Of a DNA stretch of 64,000 nt, positions 10,028 through 19,442 are shown piece by piece. The translations under genes and the position numbers were made by a program. The DNA is from Candidatus Dojkabacteria bacterium (lineage in GTDB: Bacteria; Patescibacteriota; Dojkabacteria; J137). The notes beneath the pieces are model-generated. The model was not told the origin of the DNA. It worked only from the letters and a program-made list of their open reading frames with translations, and ran no database searches. The stretch spans positions 505,924 through 569,923 of the forward strand of contig AP024679.1 in the NCBI GenBank assembly GCA_025999215.1, read 5' to 3'. How positions within the stretch are numbered: position 1 is the first letter of the stretch; every line of letters begins with the position of its first letter.

Positions 10028-10359
10028 TCTTCGTCTGATACTTCTTTGAGTACTGGCACTAATTTCAACTTTTTCCCATTTCTTTTAATTTCATCTTGAG
10101 AGGTTTCAATTAGTTCTACTCGGATTAACTCTTTTAATAACTCTTGTCTTTCTTTGAGTTCATTAATTTTTTCTTTAAGTTTTTTTACTTCTTCGGTGTC
10201 TTTAATTTCATCTCTTAATTTTTTGACTTTTTTATTCAATTGTTGCAATTCATCGTAATTGGGATGATCTTCTGTGACTGCTTTTAAATCTCGCCTTAGA
10301 GCTTTTATTTGCTCTTTTATATCAAAATATTCACTTGCTTTGTCTTTAGAATCATCCAT
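10024..10359 (-). CDS. coiled-coil hypothetical protein
   Basis: Highly charged K/E heptad-rich sequence with no catalytic motif. Confidence 0.35.
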   Translation of the reverse strand: MDDSKDKASEYFDIKEQIKALRRDLKAVTEDHPNYDELQQLNKKVKKLRDEIKDTEEVKKLKEKINELKERQELLKELIRVELIETSQDEIKRNGKKLKLVPVLKEVSDED

Positions 10360-10550
10360 AATTTTTTAATTAATAAAATATTTTACCAGTTCAGTTTAAT
10401 ACAAAAGATTAAATTTTTAAAGTTTTTGAGTGAAGATTTTTACAAAACATGACTAAAATTAAGATATATTTAAAAAATAAAAAATTGAGGTTTAATAAAC
10501 TTTGTTTATAGGTTTATGCGATGTAAGTATTTTAGGTTTAATTTATACTT

Positions 10551-11897
10551 CTACCAAAATATTACCAAAGTTCCTGCCAATGTAAGTGTTAATCCAATTA
10601 GCAGTATATTTCCAAATTCTCTACTGCCAAACATTTTGCCGTAAATCATCTTGGCAACAATATTAAAAGCATTGCCAAGAAGTATGCCAGTGATCGCTAA
10701 ATTTGTTGTAAGGGATTGACTAGCATTAAGGTCAGATATTGCAAATGTAGGTGCATCCATGCCTATTACTCCTGACAGAGCCGTTACAACTAGAAAAATA
10801 TTATCAATAGAGGTTAACTGTGCCAGTTGTATAAATATTTTAATAGTGATTATTAATATTACAAATTTCATTGCCGGGATTAATGAAAAAGGTTCACTGC
10901 TTAGTTCTATTTTTTCCCGAGTTTTAGGTTTAACATAAACAATCAAAATTATCCCTAAAATTAAGCCAATTGTTCCCATTGCTAAGAATGGAGGTAGAAT
11001 TTCTTTAAATAACTTAAAATTACTAACATAAACAATCATTAAAATTTGAATGAAGCTTACAGAATTAGCAATTAGCGCTGAGCCAGCGTTGATTACAGAA
11101 ATTTCATGAGTGAGATTATTTTTACTTTGCTGAGCTAAAGATATGATAGTTGATGTTGATGATACAAGACCACCAAATAAACCCTCAGCAAGTAAGCTTC
11201 CTTTGGTACCAACAAATTTACTTAATATATAACCCATTAAATTGAAACCTGATATTAGTACTACAACAAGCCAGATATTAAATGGATTAATAATCTCAAA
11301 TGTTTGAAATTTTAAACTCAAGCTATCAGCATTAAGGTTAAGTAATTCAAAAACTTCACTTAAGGTGTAAGATTTATCAGGTAGAATTGGTAAAATAACA
11401 ATTCCAATTAACCCAAATTTTGTTAAATCAATAATTTCTTGGTGATTAATTTGTTTTACAAGTTGTCCTAAACCTCTTTTTTGAGATAGGAAAAATGTGA
11501 GAATCACTAAAATTGCCAAAATAACAGTTAGATCAAGAATTTGTGAAGTAGCTAAAAATCCAAGTAAAAAGGTTATTATGATGGCTATTTCGGTGGTCAT
11601 TCCGAAGAGATGTTTCCATTGTACATTTAAAACGTAAGCAGAAAAAACAAGAATAATTAAACTTCCAAAAATCATGTAAACTAAGGGCATTTCGCCCTCC
11701 AAAAACAATAAACCTGCAATTGCTCCAATTAGAGAGATTACGGAGTAGGTTCTTACTCCGCCGATTCTTTGTTGCTCATCACTTTGGGCTTTTCTGAAGC
11801 CTTTTTCATCTACCTCTCTGGTTTCAGTTTCAAGTCCTAGTATTGCTCCAAAAGCAACTGCCAAAATTATTCTTGTTATAATTTCAAACTGTGTCAT
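10551..11897 (-). CDS. MgtC/SapB-family N-terminal domain fused to a large polytopic (DUF4010-like) membrane domain
   Basis: N-terminal IILAVAFGAILGLETETRE matches the MgtC signature. It is followed by many hydrophobic helices. Confidence 0.55.
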   Translation of the reverse strand: MTQFEIITRIILAVAFGAILGLETETREVDEKGFRKAQSDEQQRIGGVRTYSVISLIGAIAGLLFLEGEMPLVYMIFGSLIILVFSAYVLNVQWKHLFGMTTEIAIIITFLLGFLATSQILDLTVILAILVILTFFLSQKRGLGQLVKQINHQEIIDLTKFGLIGIVILPILPDKSYTLSEVFELLNLNADSLSLKFQTFEIINPFNIWLVVVLISGFNLMGYILSKFVGTKGSLLAEGLFGGLVSSTSTIISLAQQSKNNLTHEISVINAGSALIANSVSFIQILMIVYVSNFKLFKEILPPFLAMGTIGLILGIILIVYVKPKTREKIELSSEPFSLIPAMKFVILIITIKIFIQLAQLTSIDNIFLVVTALSGVIGMDAPTFAISDLNASQSLTTNLAITGILLGNAFNIVAKMIYGKMFGSREFGNILLIGLTLTLAGTLVIFW

Positions 11898-12041
11898 TTG
11901 TACATAGTCTACTAAATTTTGGCATTAAGTGAAAGAAAGTTTTAGAGAAATTATAAGATTAGTAAGATTTTTAAATGGTTTTTTTAGAAAAATTTTTACT
12001 TAAAATTTAAAAAGTCATTTTATGTTAGAATTTTCTAAGAT

Positions 12042-13055
12042 ATGAAACAAAAATTAATAGTAATTGGTGGTCCCACTGCTGTGGGCAAAACTGAACTTGC
12101 AATTCAAATTGCCAGGAGTTTTAATGGAGAATTAATTAATGCTGATTCACGCCAAATTTATAAATACTTATCAATTGGAACTAACAAAGGCAATTTAGGT
12201 TCATCTTCCCAATCGTACAACGAGCAAGAATTAAAAAAGTTATTATCCAAATTAAATACTAAAATTGATGAGTTACCTATCAAAACAATAGAATCTATTC
12301 CGATACATTTAGTAGATTTTCTTGATCCTGATCAAGTTTTTAGCGCTTTTGATTATAAAAAATTGGCATACTTTGCAATAGATGAAATAATATCAAGAGA
12401 TAAACTTCCAATTTTGGTTGGCGGTACAGGGTTGTATATTGATGTTGTTGTAAAAGATTATGTTGAGTTTGACTATAACATTAGCAACGAAGAAAGAGAA
12501 ATTTTAAAAAATAAATTTAGAAATTTGACAATAAATGAACTTCAAAAATTACTAATCGATAAAGCTGAATTTATTTTTGAACAATTAAATTACAGTGATA
12601 AAAAAAATCCAGTAAGGTTGCAAAGAATTCTTGAAAAAATCTATATTTTAGAATTCCACAATAAAGATATTTCAAAAAACATATCTATAATTCTAGGCCA
12701 AAAGCGTGAATGCAAGTATGATGTTATTTTTCTATATAAAAATTACCATTGGGAGAGTTTGAAAACTAAAATGAAACAAAGAGTAAAAGAAATGTTTAAT
12801 CAAGGTTTAATAGATGAAACAAGAAAACTCCTAGATATGGGTTACGGTAAAAATTGTCCTGCATTAAGTTCGGTTGGTTATTCTGAAGTTATAAAATTTT
12901 TGGAAGGTAATATGTCAAAAGATATTTGTGAAGAAAAAGTTTACTATTCACATGTAAAATATGCCAGAAAGCAAAGAACATGGTTTGAAGGAAAAGGGAG
13001 AGGTTACAATTTAATTAAAGTAGATAGTGCTAATGATGTAAAAAATTTAATTTAA
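12042..13055 (+). CDS. miaA: tRNA dimethylallyltransferase
   Basis: P-loop GGPTAVGKTELAIQIA and the stretch ELINADSRQIYKYLSIGTNK. Confidence 0.9.
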   Translation: MKQKLIVIGGPTAVGKTELAIQIARSFNGELINADSRQIYKYLSIGTNKGNLGSSSQSYNEQELKKLLSKLNTKIDELPIKTIESIPIHLVDFLDPDQVFSAFDYKKLAYFAIDEIISRDKLPILVGGTGLYIDVVVKDYVEFDYNISNEEREILKNKFRNLTINELQKLLIDKAEFIFEQLNYSDKKNPVRLQRILEKIYILEFHNKDISKNISIILGQKRECKYDVIFLYKNYHWESLKTKMKQRVKEMFNQGLIDETRKLLDMGYGKNCPALSSVGYSEVIKFLEGNMSKDICEEKVYYSHVKYARKQRTWFEGKGRGYNLIKVDSANDVKNLI

Positions 13056-14225
13056 ATTTTCTTCGTATAAATTATTGTAAAAGTTTATTAGTTTTTGGGT
13101 TAATTCTTCCCATGATTGACTTTGTGCGAATTTAATACCTTGTTTTGAAAGAGTGTCTTTGATTTTAGGATTGTCTAGGATTTCTTCAATTTTTTCAGAA
13201 TATTTTGATGCTCTGTTATCTTTTATTTTGAAACCTGTTAAATTATTTGTAACAAGCTCACTGGGACCTCCAGCATCGCTAACAACTACTGGACAACCAC
13301 ATGCCATAGCTTCAAGCACAACATTTCCAAATGTCTCTGTATCTGATGTAAACAAGAAACAATCTGCAGAAGCGTAAAATTTGGGTAATTGTTTGTGTGG
13401 TAATTTCCCTAGAAAAAAAGCTTTTGGCATATGTTTTTGAAGTTTATTTTTATGTGGTCCGTCACCAATTATTATAAAGTTTACATCATCTCTTTTGGTT
13501 TCTAAATGATTATATATTTCAATTAATTTTTGCAATCCTTTGTACCATACAAGTCGACCAACAAAGAGTATGTTTTTGTTATGGTTTTTGGTGATATTTA
13601 TATAAAGATTGAGATCTTTTTGGTTTGGATTAAAAACATTTGTATCTATTCCCCTTCTCCAAGTACTTATTAAATTAGGTTTAATTCCGTAATTAATTAA
13701 TTCATTTTTTATAATTTCGGTTGGAACAAGCACAATATTTGTTTTATTATAAAAATTTTTTAAATATTTGACTAAAACCTTAAACGCTATAGGGTACATA
13801 AAACTATTTCTATGAAAGTAGTATTTCAGGTAGCTTAAAAAATGCGTATGATAAATTGTTAAAGTTGGGATTTTATTTTTATTAGCATATTTAAGAGCGT
13901 ATGGTCCTGAAAAAAAGGGAGTGGTTATGTGTATGATATCAGGATTAAAATTATTTAGTTCTTTTTTTAATTTTAAACTCAAACTTGGCAATGCTATGGG
14001 GTAATCTTTGTAAAATGGTAATTTAGTTGAGGGGATTTTTAAACTTCTAAATTGAAAAGATTTTTTATCAGTTGGTGGTTTTGCGCTTATCAAAAGAACG
14101 TCAAAATTTTCTCTTGGGAGTTTATTAAAAACTGTATAAAGTGTCATAGAAACTCCATCAAAACTCTCAGATGACATTCCGTCCGAAAAAAGGGCAATTT
14201 TTATTTTTTTCTGTCCTGTTTTCAC
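13047..14225 (-). CDS. GT4-family (group 1) glycosyltransferase
   Basis: C-terminal Rossmann domain with the E-x7-E-type stretch FGNVVLEAMACGCPVVVSDAGGPSELV. Confidence 0.8.
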   Translation of the reverse strand: MKTGQKKIKIALFSDGMSSESFDGVSMTLYTVFNKLPRENFDVLLISAKPPTDKKSFQFRSLKIPSTKLPFYKDYPIALPSLSLKLKKELNNFNPDIIHITTPFFSGPYALKYANKNKIPTLTIYHTHFLSYLKYYFHRNSFMYPIAFKVLVKYLKNFYNKTNIVLVPTEIIKNELINYGIKPNLISTWRRGIDTNVFNPNQKDLNLYINITKNHNKNILFVGRLVWYKGLQKLIEIYNHLETKRDDVNFIIIGDGPHKNKLQKHMPKAFFLGKLPHKQLPKFYASADCFLFTSDTETFGNVVLEAMACGCPVVVSDAGGPSELVTNNLTGFKIKDNRASKYSEKIEEILDNPKIKDTLSKQGIKFAQSQSWEELTQKLINFYNNLYEENLN

Positions 14226-14236
14226 TCAACTAAAAT

Positions 14237-14644
14237 TTAGGATTTTATCTTTTTGTAAACGTCTTCTATGGTTTCAGTTACTTGATATTTTCTAAGCTCT
14301 TGCCAAATATTTAAAGATTCTTTTTTGTATCTGGGCACTACATGAAAGTGAAGATGCTCAATTTCTTGATTTGCTTCTCTTCCGTTTGAAGAAACTATAT
14401 TAATACCATCTGCTCCTAGTTTATCTTTAAGCAATATTGCTACTTCTTTGGCAAGTACAATAACATCACCTAAAATATTTTCTGGAGTATCGAAAATGTT
14501 TCTATATGGATACTTAGGTACAACCAAACTATGTCCTTCAGTTACAGGATTAATATCTAAAAATGCAAAAGCGTTTTCATTTTCACCCAATTTAAAACAT
14601 GGAATTTCACCTTTTACTATTTTGGTAAATACTGTTTCTCTCAT
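14237..14644 (-). CDS. HIT-family (histidine triad) nucleotide hydrolase
   Basis: HLHFHVV histidine triad. Size of about 135 aa is typical of Hint-like proteins. Confidence 0.85.
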   Translation of the reverse strand: MRETVFTKIVKGEIPCFKLGENENAFAFLDINPVTEGHSLVVPKYPYRNIFDTPENILGDVIVLAKEVAILLKDKLGADGINIVSSNGREANQEIEHLHFHVVPRYKKESLNIWQELRKYQVTETIEDVYKKIKS

Positions 14645-14664
14645 AAATAATAAAAGATTTAAAA

Positions 14665-16776
14665 TTAATTCATGTTATTAAAAGTATCAATTAGTAATTG
14701 AATATGCATTTCTAACATTTCATCAAAATTTTTGTTGAGCATTTCTGCCATTTTTTGTACACCAAAGTTGATATCATCTCTATTGATTTTGGCTGCAAAT
14801 GACTTATTTTTCATTTGTTTAATTACTTTTGATACTTGCATATTTTTAAACTTTTCTGGTCTCATTAAAGCGTATGCATAGATCAAACCTGATAATTCAT
14901 CAGTCGCAATTAAAGCTGCATCTAGTAAATTTCGTGGATTTGGCCCTTTACCAACATAGTGAGCTTTTACTGCTTGAATTAATGCATCTGGATAACCTCT
15001 TTCTTTAAACCATTCAATAGCCATATCAGGGTGTTGATCTGGATGTAAGAAATAGTCAACATCATGGAGCAATCCAGTAATAAACCATAATTCAGAATTT
15101 TCATCAAGTTTTTTCGCCCATGCCTCAAGAGCTTTGGCAACCATTAGTGCATGAGTTTTTTGATATTCATCAGATACTTTCTCATTAAGAAAGTCTATTG
15201 CCTCTTGACGACTTGGAAGCCCCTCAAGATTTTCATTATTAGTACTAAAATTTTTTTCAGCTTCAAATTTAATATGTGGATAGATTTTTTTTGTAGTTTC
15301 ATCAATGTAATATTTCAACTGAGGAAAAGGAACACCTTCTTTTGCTGTAACATTTTCAAAGAACCAAAAAACTCTTTCTGACAAACCAAAACCTACAGCT
15401 GGAGGCATGCCGTATTCAAGCATTTCAACGAAATCAATATCAAGCATATGAGCTTCATCGTCACCCGATTCTCTCAATTCTTGTTGTTCTAAAAATCTCT
15501 CAAGTTGATCAATTGGATCGTTTAATTCTCCAAAAGCATTTGCTAGTTCGCTGCCAGCTATTACAGGGTGAAATCTTTGTGTTAACTCTTTATTTTCTGG
15601 ATCTGATTTTGCCAAAGGAGATAAAAATTTAGGTACATTAACCAAAAATGCTGGCCCTCCAATGGTTTTTCTTATCAACTTCCAAAGATTATCCACAGCT
15701 CTGTTGCGGTTTACATTATCTCCTAACTCTACTCCGTTATCTTTTAGAATTTGTAACATTTTGTCAACACTATCTTCAAAAACATCAACATCAAATGTAT
15801 CTTTAATCACTTTTACAAAATCTATCTCTTCCCACTCGGAGTTTAAGTCCACATTAAAACCTTTAATGTTAAACTTTGTAGTTCCGTAAACTTTTTGCAA
15901 AACATACCTATACATCTCTTTGGTTAACTCCATTCCATCTCGAGCGTCTGCATAAGCCCAATAAAACTCCATTGCAATATGTTCAGGCAAGTGTTCATCA
16001 CTAAATCCTTCGTTTCTAAATCTTGGCCCAATATCGTAAACTTTTTCATATCCTGCTCCTAACAGACGTTTGAGAGGAAGTTCATGAGATATTCTTAAAT
16101 AAAAATCTTGATCTAGAGCGTCATAATGTGTAACGAATGGTTTTGCATCTGCTCCTCCAGTAACATGCTCTAAAACTGGAATATTAATTTCAATAAAGCC
16201 TTTACTATTCAAAAATTCACGAATTGCATTCCAGAATTCACTTCTTCTCACAAATCTCTCTCTTATTTCAGGATGAAGTTGCATATCAAGGTATCGTCTT
16301 CTATATCTTTCCTCTTTATCTTCCAAGTTGGTAGGTAATGGTCTGATGGCTTTGGTAAGCATTCTTAATTTGTGCACCAAAACAGAAATTTCACCACTTT
16401 TGGTTTTAGTTATGATTCCTTCAGCTTCGACAATGTCTCCAACATCTATCAAATCAAGATCTTCAAAACCTATGCTTTGTTTTTCTGTATCGGTAGGTAA
16501 AAGCTCATCTGATTTAATGTACAACTGAATTTCACCAAAAAAGTCTCTCAAATCATAAAACACAATTTTACCATGTGATCTTTTACTCCAGACTCTACCG
16601 GCAACACATACATTTTTACCTTTGAGCTCTTCAAAAGAATTTAGAATTTGCTGAGTCGTATGGGTTCTGAATGATTTTGGAGGAAAAGGATCAATACCTA
16701 ACTTTCTTAACTTGTTTAATTTTTCAATTCGTAACTTACGTTGACCAATGAGATCTGAAGATTCTGAAGCACTCAT
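14665..16776 (-). CDS. lysS: lysyl-tRNA synthetase (class II) with a C-terminal HD-domain extension of about 190 aa
   Basis: OB anticodon-binding domain and class II motifs 1-3 (e.g. GGADAKPF, FRNEGFSDEH, GMPPAVGFGLSERV) fill the first 500 aa or so. The extra C-terminus carries H...HD...D: KTHALMVAKALEAW...GLLHDVDYFLHP...DELSG. Confidence 0.9.
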   Translation of the reverse strand: MSASESSDLIGQRKLRIEKLNKLRKLGIDPFPPKSFRTHTTQQILNSFEELKGKNVCVAGRVWSKRSHGKIVFYDLRDFFGEIQLYIKSDELLPTDTEKQSIGFEDLDLIDVGDIVEAEGIITKTKSGEISVLVHKLRMLTKAIRPLPTNLEDKEERYRRRYLDMQLHPEIRERFVRRSEFWNAIREFLNSKGFIEINIPVLEHVTGGADAKPFVTHYDALDQDFYLRISHELPLKRLLGAGYEKVYDIGPRFRNEGFSDEHLPEHIAMEFYWAYADARDGMELTKEMYRYVLQKVYGTTKFNIKGFNVDLNSEWEEIDFVKVIKDTFDVDVFEDSVDKMLQILKDNGVELGDNVNRNRAVDNLWKLIRKTIGGPAFLVNVPKFLSPLAKSDPENKELTQRFHPVIAGSELANAFGELNDPIDQLERFLEQQELRESGDDEAHMLDIDFVEMLEYGMPPAVGFGLSERVFWFFENVTAKEGVPFPQLKYYIDETTKKIYPHIKFEAEKNFSTNNENLEGLPSRQEAIDFLNEKVSDEYQKTHALMVAKALEAWAKKLDENSELWFITGLLHDVDYFLHPDQHPDMAIEWFKERGYPDALIQAVKAHYVGKGPNPRNLLDAALIATDELSGLIYAYALMRPEKFKNMQVSKVIKQMKNKSFAAKINRDDINFGVQKMAEMLNKNFDEMLEMHIQLLIDTFNNMN

Positions 16777-16777
16777 T

Positions 16778-18049
16778 TTAAATTTTATTAATATTTATTT
16801 TCTGGGTAGTTAGCGTCATTTTACCTAATTTTTCAAACTTTCTCAATAAAAAACGAAAATTTATGTTTATCTTAAATACAAAAAAACCAGCTAAAATACC
16901 CATTAAAATATCAATTGTATAATGTGAATGAGAGATAATTAGAAGTGCCGCAACTAAAAATGACAAGATTAGTTTTAAAAATTTTAAATTAAAATTAAAG
17001 GATTTATCAGATAAATACACATAAAATGCATAAGCGGTATGACCAGAAAAATACATTCCTTGGTAAAACAAAACAGTGAGTTCAGGTATTAAACCTTTGT
17101 AGGAAGGATCATCTAATTGCGCAAGTGGATTTAAAATTATGAAAAATGAACGAAGCAAGTAAATTAACCCTACTTTTGCAATTAAGTTTGGAAAGTTTTC
17201 AAGATCAAATCTAATGCTTGAATATAAAAATAAAAAAATGATTACCTGCATAATTATCTCTGCCAGATTGCCAGCGATTTTAATTTGAGGTAATAATTCT
17301 ATAAGTAAATCATTTGGTTGATAAGTTTGGCTGTATGTTTCTTTTATAAAAATGCCAGCGATTGGAGTTGCTACTACTCCAGCTAAAAAGATATTTATCG
17401 CATAGAAATATTGCGTTTTGTTATGTTTAAGATGAGATTTAAAATCTGTAAAAGTGTATTTTTCTACTACTGTTACATTTTGCTTAACAGGAATTAAAAA
17501 TTTTAAACTAAAGTTTTTCAAGAAAAATGCTAAAAAGAAACTACTTGCAATGCTTGATGAATAGACTAAATTAAAATTAAAGAAAATTATACTTGAGAAA
17601 AAAATAAAAATTAAAATAAAATTTTTAAAGATTTTGTTATGGGTGTGAAAAATTAATAAAAATAAGTGTGTAAAAAAGCTTGATACAAAGCCTAGATTCA
17701 TAATTGAGAAAAGTAAAGCAATTTTTTCATTGTTAAAATAAAAACTAACTGGTGTTGAGATAAAAAATATTGCCTGTATCCACAAAGTAGCGCCCAGTTG
17801 AGCTACCATTTTGCTGCTATATTTTTTTAGCAAAAAAGTTATTAGTATTACAAAATAAATAACATAAACTAACAATAACAAATAAATTTCAAAGTTTTTA
17901 AGCACTTGAAAACTAATATATGTAAGCTCTGGTGGAGTTATTAAGTTTGTTTTTTTAAATTTTTCAAAAATTAATATATTTACAAAAAAACCTGTAAATA
18001 ATATTAAAAATGAAAGTAAATTTTTGTTTGAAATCAAATTTTTTTTCAC
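16778..18049 (-). CDS. polytopic membrane protein with C-terminal PAP2-superfamily phosphatase domain
   Basis: PAP2 motifs SGHTAYAF (motif 2) and HSHYTIDILMG (motif 3). More than 8 predicted TM helices. Confidence 0.55.
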   Translation of the reverse strand: MKKNLISNKNLLSFLILFTGFFVNILIFEKFKKTNLITPPELTYISFQVLKNFEIYLLLLVYVIYFVILITFLLKKYSSKMVAQLGATLWIQAIFFISTPVSFYFNNEKIALLFSIMNLGFVSSFFTHLFLLIFHTHNKIFKNFILIFIFFSSIIFFNFNLVYSSSIASSFFLAFFLKNFSLKFLIPVKQNVTVVEKYTFTDFKSHLKHNKTQYFYAINIFLAGVVATPIAGIFIKETYSQTYQPNDLLIELLPQIKIAGNLAEIIMQVIIFLFLYSSIRFDLENFPNLIAKVGLIYLLRSFFIILNPLAQLDDPSYKGLIPELTVLFYQGMYFSGHTAYAFYVYLSDKSFNFNLKFLKLILSFLVAALLIISHSHYTIDILMGILAGFFVFKININFRFLLRKFEKLGKMTLTTQKININKI

Positions 18050-18053
18050 GATG

Positions 18054-19442
18054 CTAATTTAGCTCATCAATAACTGAATTATTAAGCCGTTCACCACCAA
18101 TTAAATTTTCAAAAAGTCTAAAGCCCTCAATTATTGAATTTATATCATTACCTTCAACATTGAGTCTCAAAATAGGTTCCGTATTAGATTTTCTAATGTT
18201 TGCACTCCATTTATCGGTGTGGTAGCTTAATCCGTCTACTTTTTCTGGTTTTAAATCTAATGAATTTTCAATCTTTTGCAATGTTTCATCAATATTTTGT
18301 ACTTTAAAATTGACTTCACCAGACACTGGATAATTTTCGATTAAAAATTTTAGTTTTTCAGCAAAATCAAAACCAAATGAGTACATTTTAAAAAATAGAC
18401 TCATAGTATAGAATGCACTATCTGCGTAAAAAAAATCTCTGTAAAAAAAATGTGAACTTTGTTCTGCGCCAAAAATAGCATTATATTTTTTTAAGCTTTG
18501 TTTGAAATAAGCATGTCCAGAAACACTAACCATAGGCTTTCCTCCTGCTTTAATTACAGTTTCCCTAATTGCTCTGTTAACTCGCGCATCATGAAGAATT
18601 ATCTCTCCAGGGTAACTTTTTAATAAAAATTCAGCGATCATTGACCCAGTGTAAAGACCGCTTGAAGCATTACCAAATTTATCAAAAAAGAAAACTCTAT
18701 CTGAATCACCGTCAAGCGCTATCCCTAAATCATACTCTCCGTTTTTAATGGTGTTAGTCAAATCAAGTGTATTTTCTATTTTAAGTGGATCAGGAACATG
18801 ATTAGGAAAGCTAGAGTCAGGTTCAAAATACATTCTATGCACTTCAAATGGTAAATCTCCAAACACAATATCAAAAAACTTGCCACCAAGCCCATTCCCA
18901 GCATCTATAGCAATTTTTAATCGTGGAATTTCAATATTTTTTAAATTGCTTTGAATAAATTCTATAAATGGATCAATAGATTGCACAATTCTTTTGCCCT
19001 TTGCGTTTGTTTTTTTGTATTTAGCTTCTCTCATTATTTCAATTATTTCGGACATACCTTTTTCCATAAAAATAGGAGAAACATCACCAAATACCATTTT
19101 GCAACCGTTATATTCGCTTGGATTGTGAGATGCTGTTATTGTAACCCCACCATCTACTTTTCCTTGTAAAATTCCAACAGTGAAATACAAAACTTCTGTG
19201 GGTATTTCATTTAATTCAATAGCGTTAGTGCCAGAATCAATTAGCCCGTTAATAAAAGCTTCATAAAATTTAACTGATGAATCTCTGAAATCTCTTCCAA
19301 CTACAATTGTCTTTGCGTTTAGATACGTTGATAAAGCTCGAGCAAGATAGTAATAAAAATTTTCATCTAATACATCCCCTATAATTCCTCTGATGTCGTA
19401 GGTTTTAAAAACTTTTTGAAGACTTTGGAGTTTGAATTTCAT
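18054..19442 (-). CDS. phosphomannomutase / phosphoglucomutase (alpha-D-phosphohexomutase family)
   Basis: Active-site loop GGVTITASHNPSEYNGCK, metal-binding DGDSDR and a sugar-binding GAEQSSH-type loop. Confidence 0.85.
   Translation of the reverse strand: MKFKLQSLQKVFKTYDIRGIIGDVLDENFYYYLARALSTYLNAKTIVVGRDFRDSSVKFYEAFINGLIDSGTNAIELNEIPTEVLYFTVGILQGKVDGGVTITASHNPSEYNGCKMVFGDVSPIFMEKGMSEIIEIMREAKYKKTNAKGKRIVQSIDPFIEFIQSNLKNIEIPRLKIAIDAGNGLGGKFFDIVFGDLPFEVHRMYFEPDSSFPNHVPDPLKIENTLDLTNTIKNGEYDLGIALDGDSDRVFFFDKFGNASSGLYTGSMIAEFLLKSYPGEIILHDARVNRAIRETVIKAGGKPMVSVSGHAYFKQSLKKYNAIFGAEQSSHFFYRDFFYADSAFYTMSLFFKMYSFGFDFAEKLKFLIENYPVSGEVNFKVQNIDETLQKIENSLDLKPEKVDGLSYHTDKWSANIRKSNTEPILRLNVEGNDINSIIEGFRLFENLIGGERLNNSVIDELN

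Noticed and set aside
13153-13377. 74-aa plus-strand ORF and similar short ORFs (14448..14681, 15151..15381, 15662..15889, 16328..16528, 18951..19169, 20892..21104, 51116..51307, 51493..51690, 52810..53040)
   Set aside because: All are embedded antisense in strongly supported conserved genes (GT4, HIT/lysS, PMM, pyrG, glyS, htrA). They are treated as spurious.
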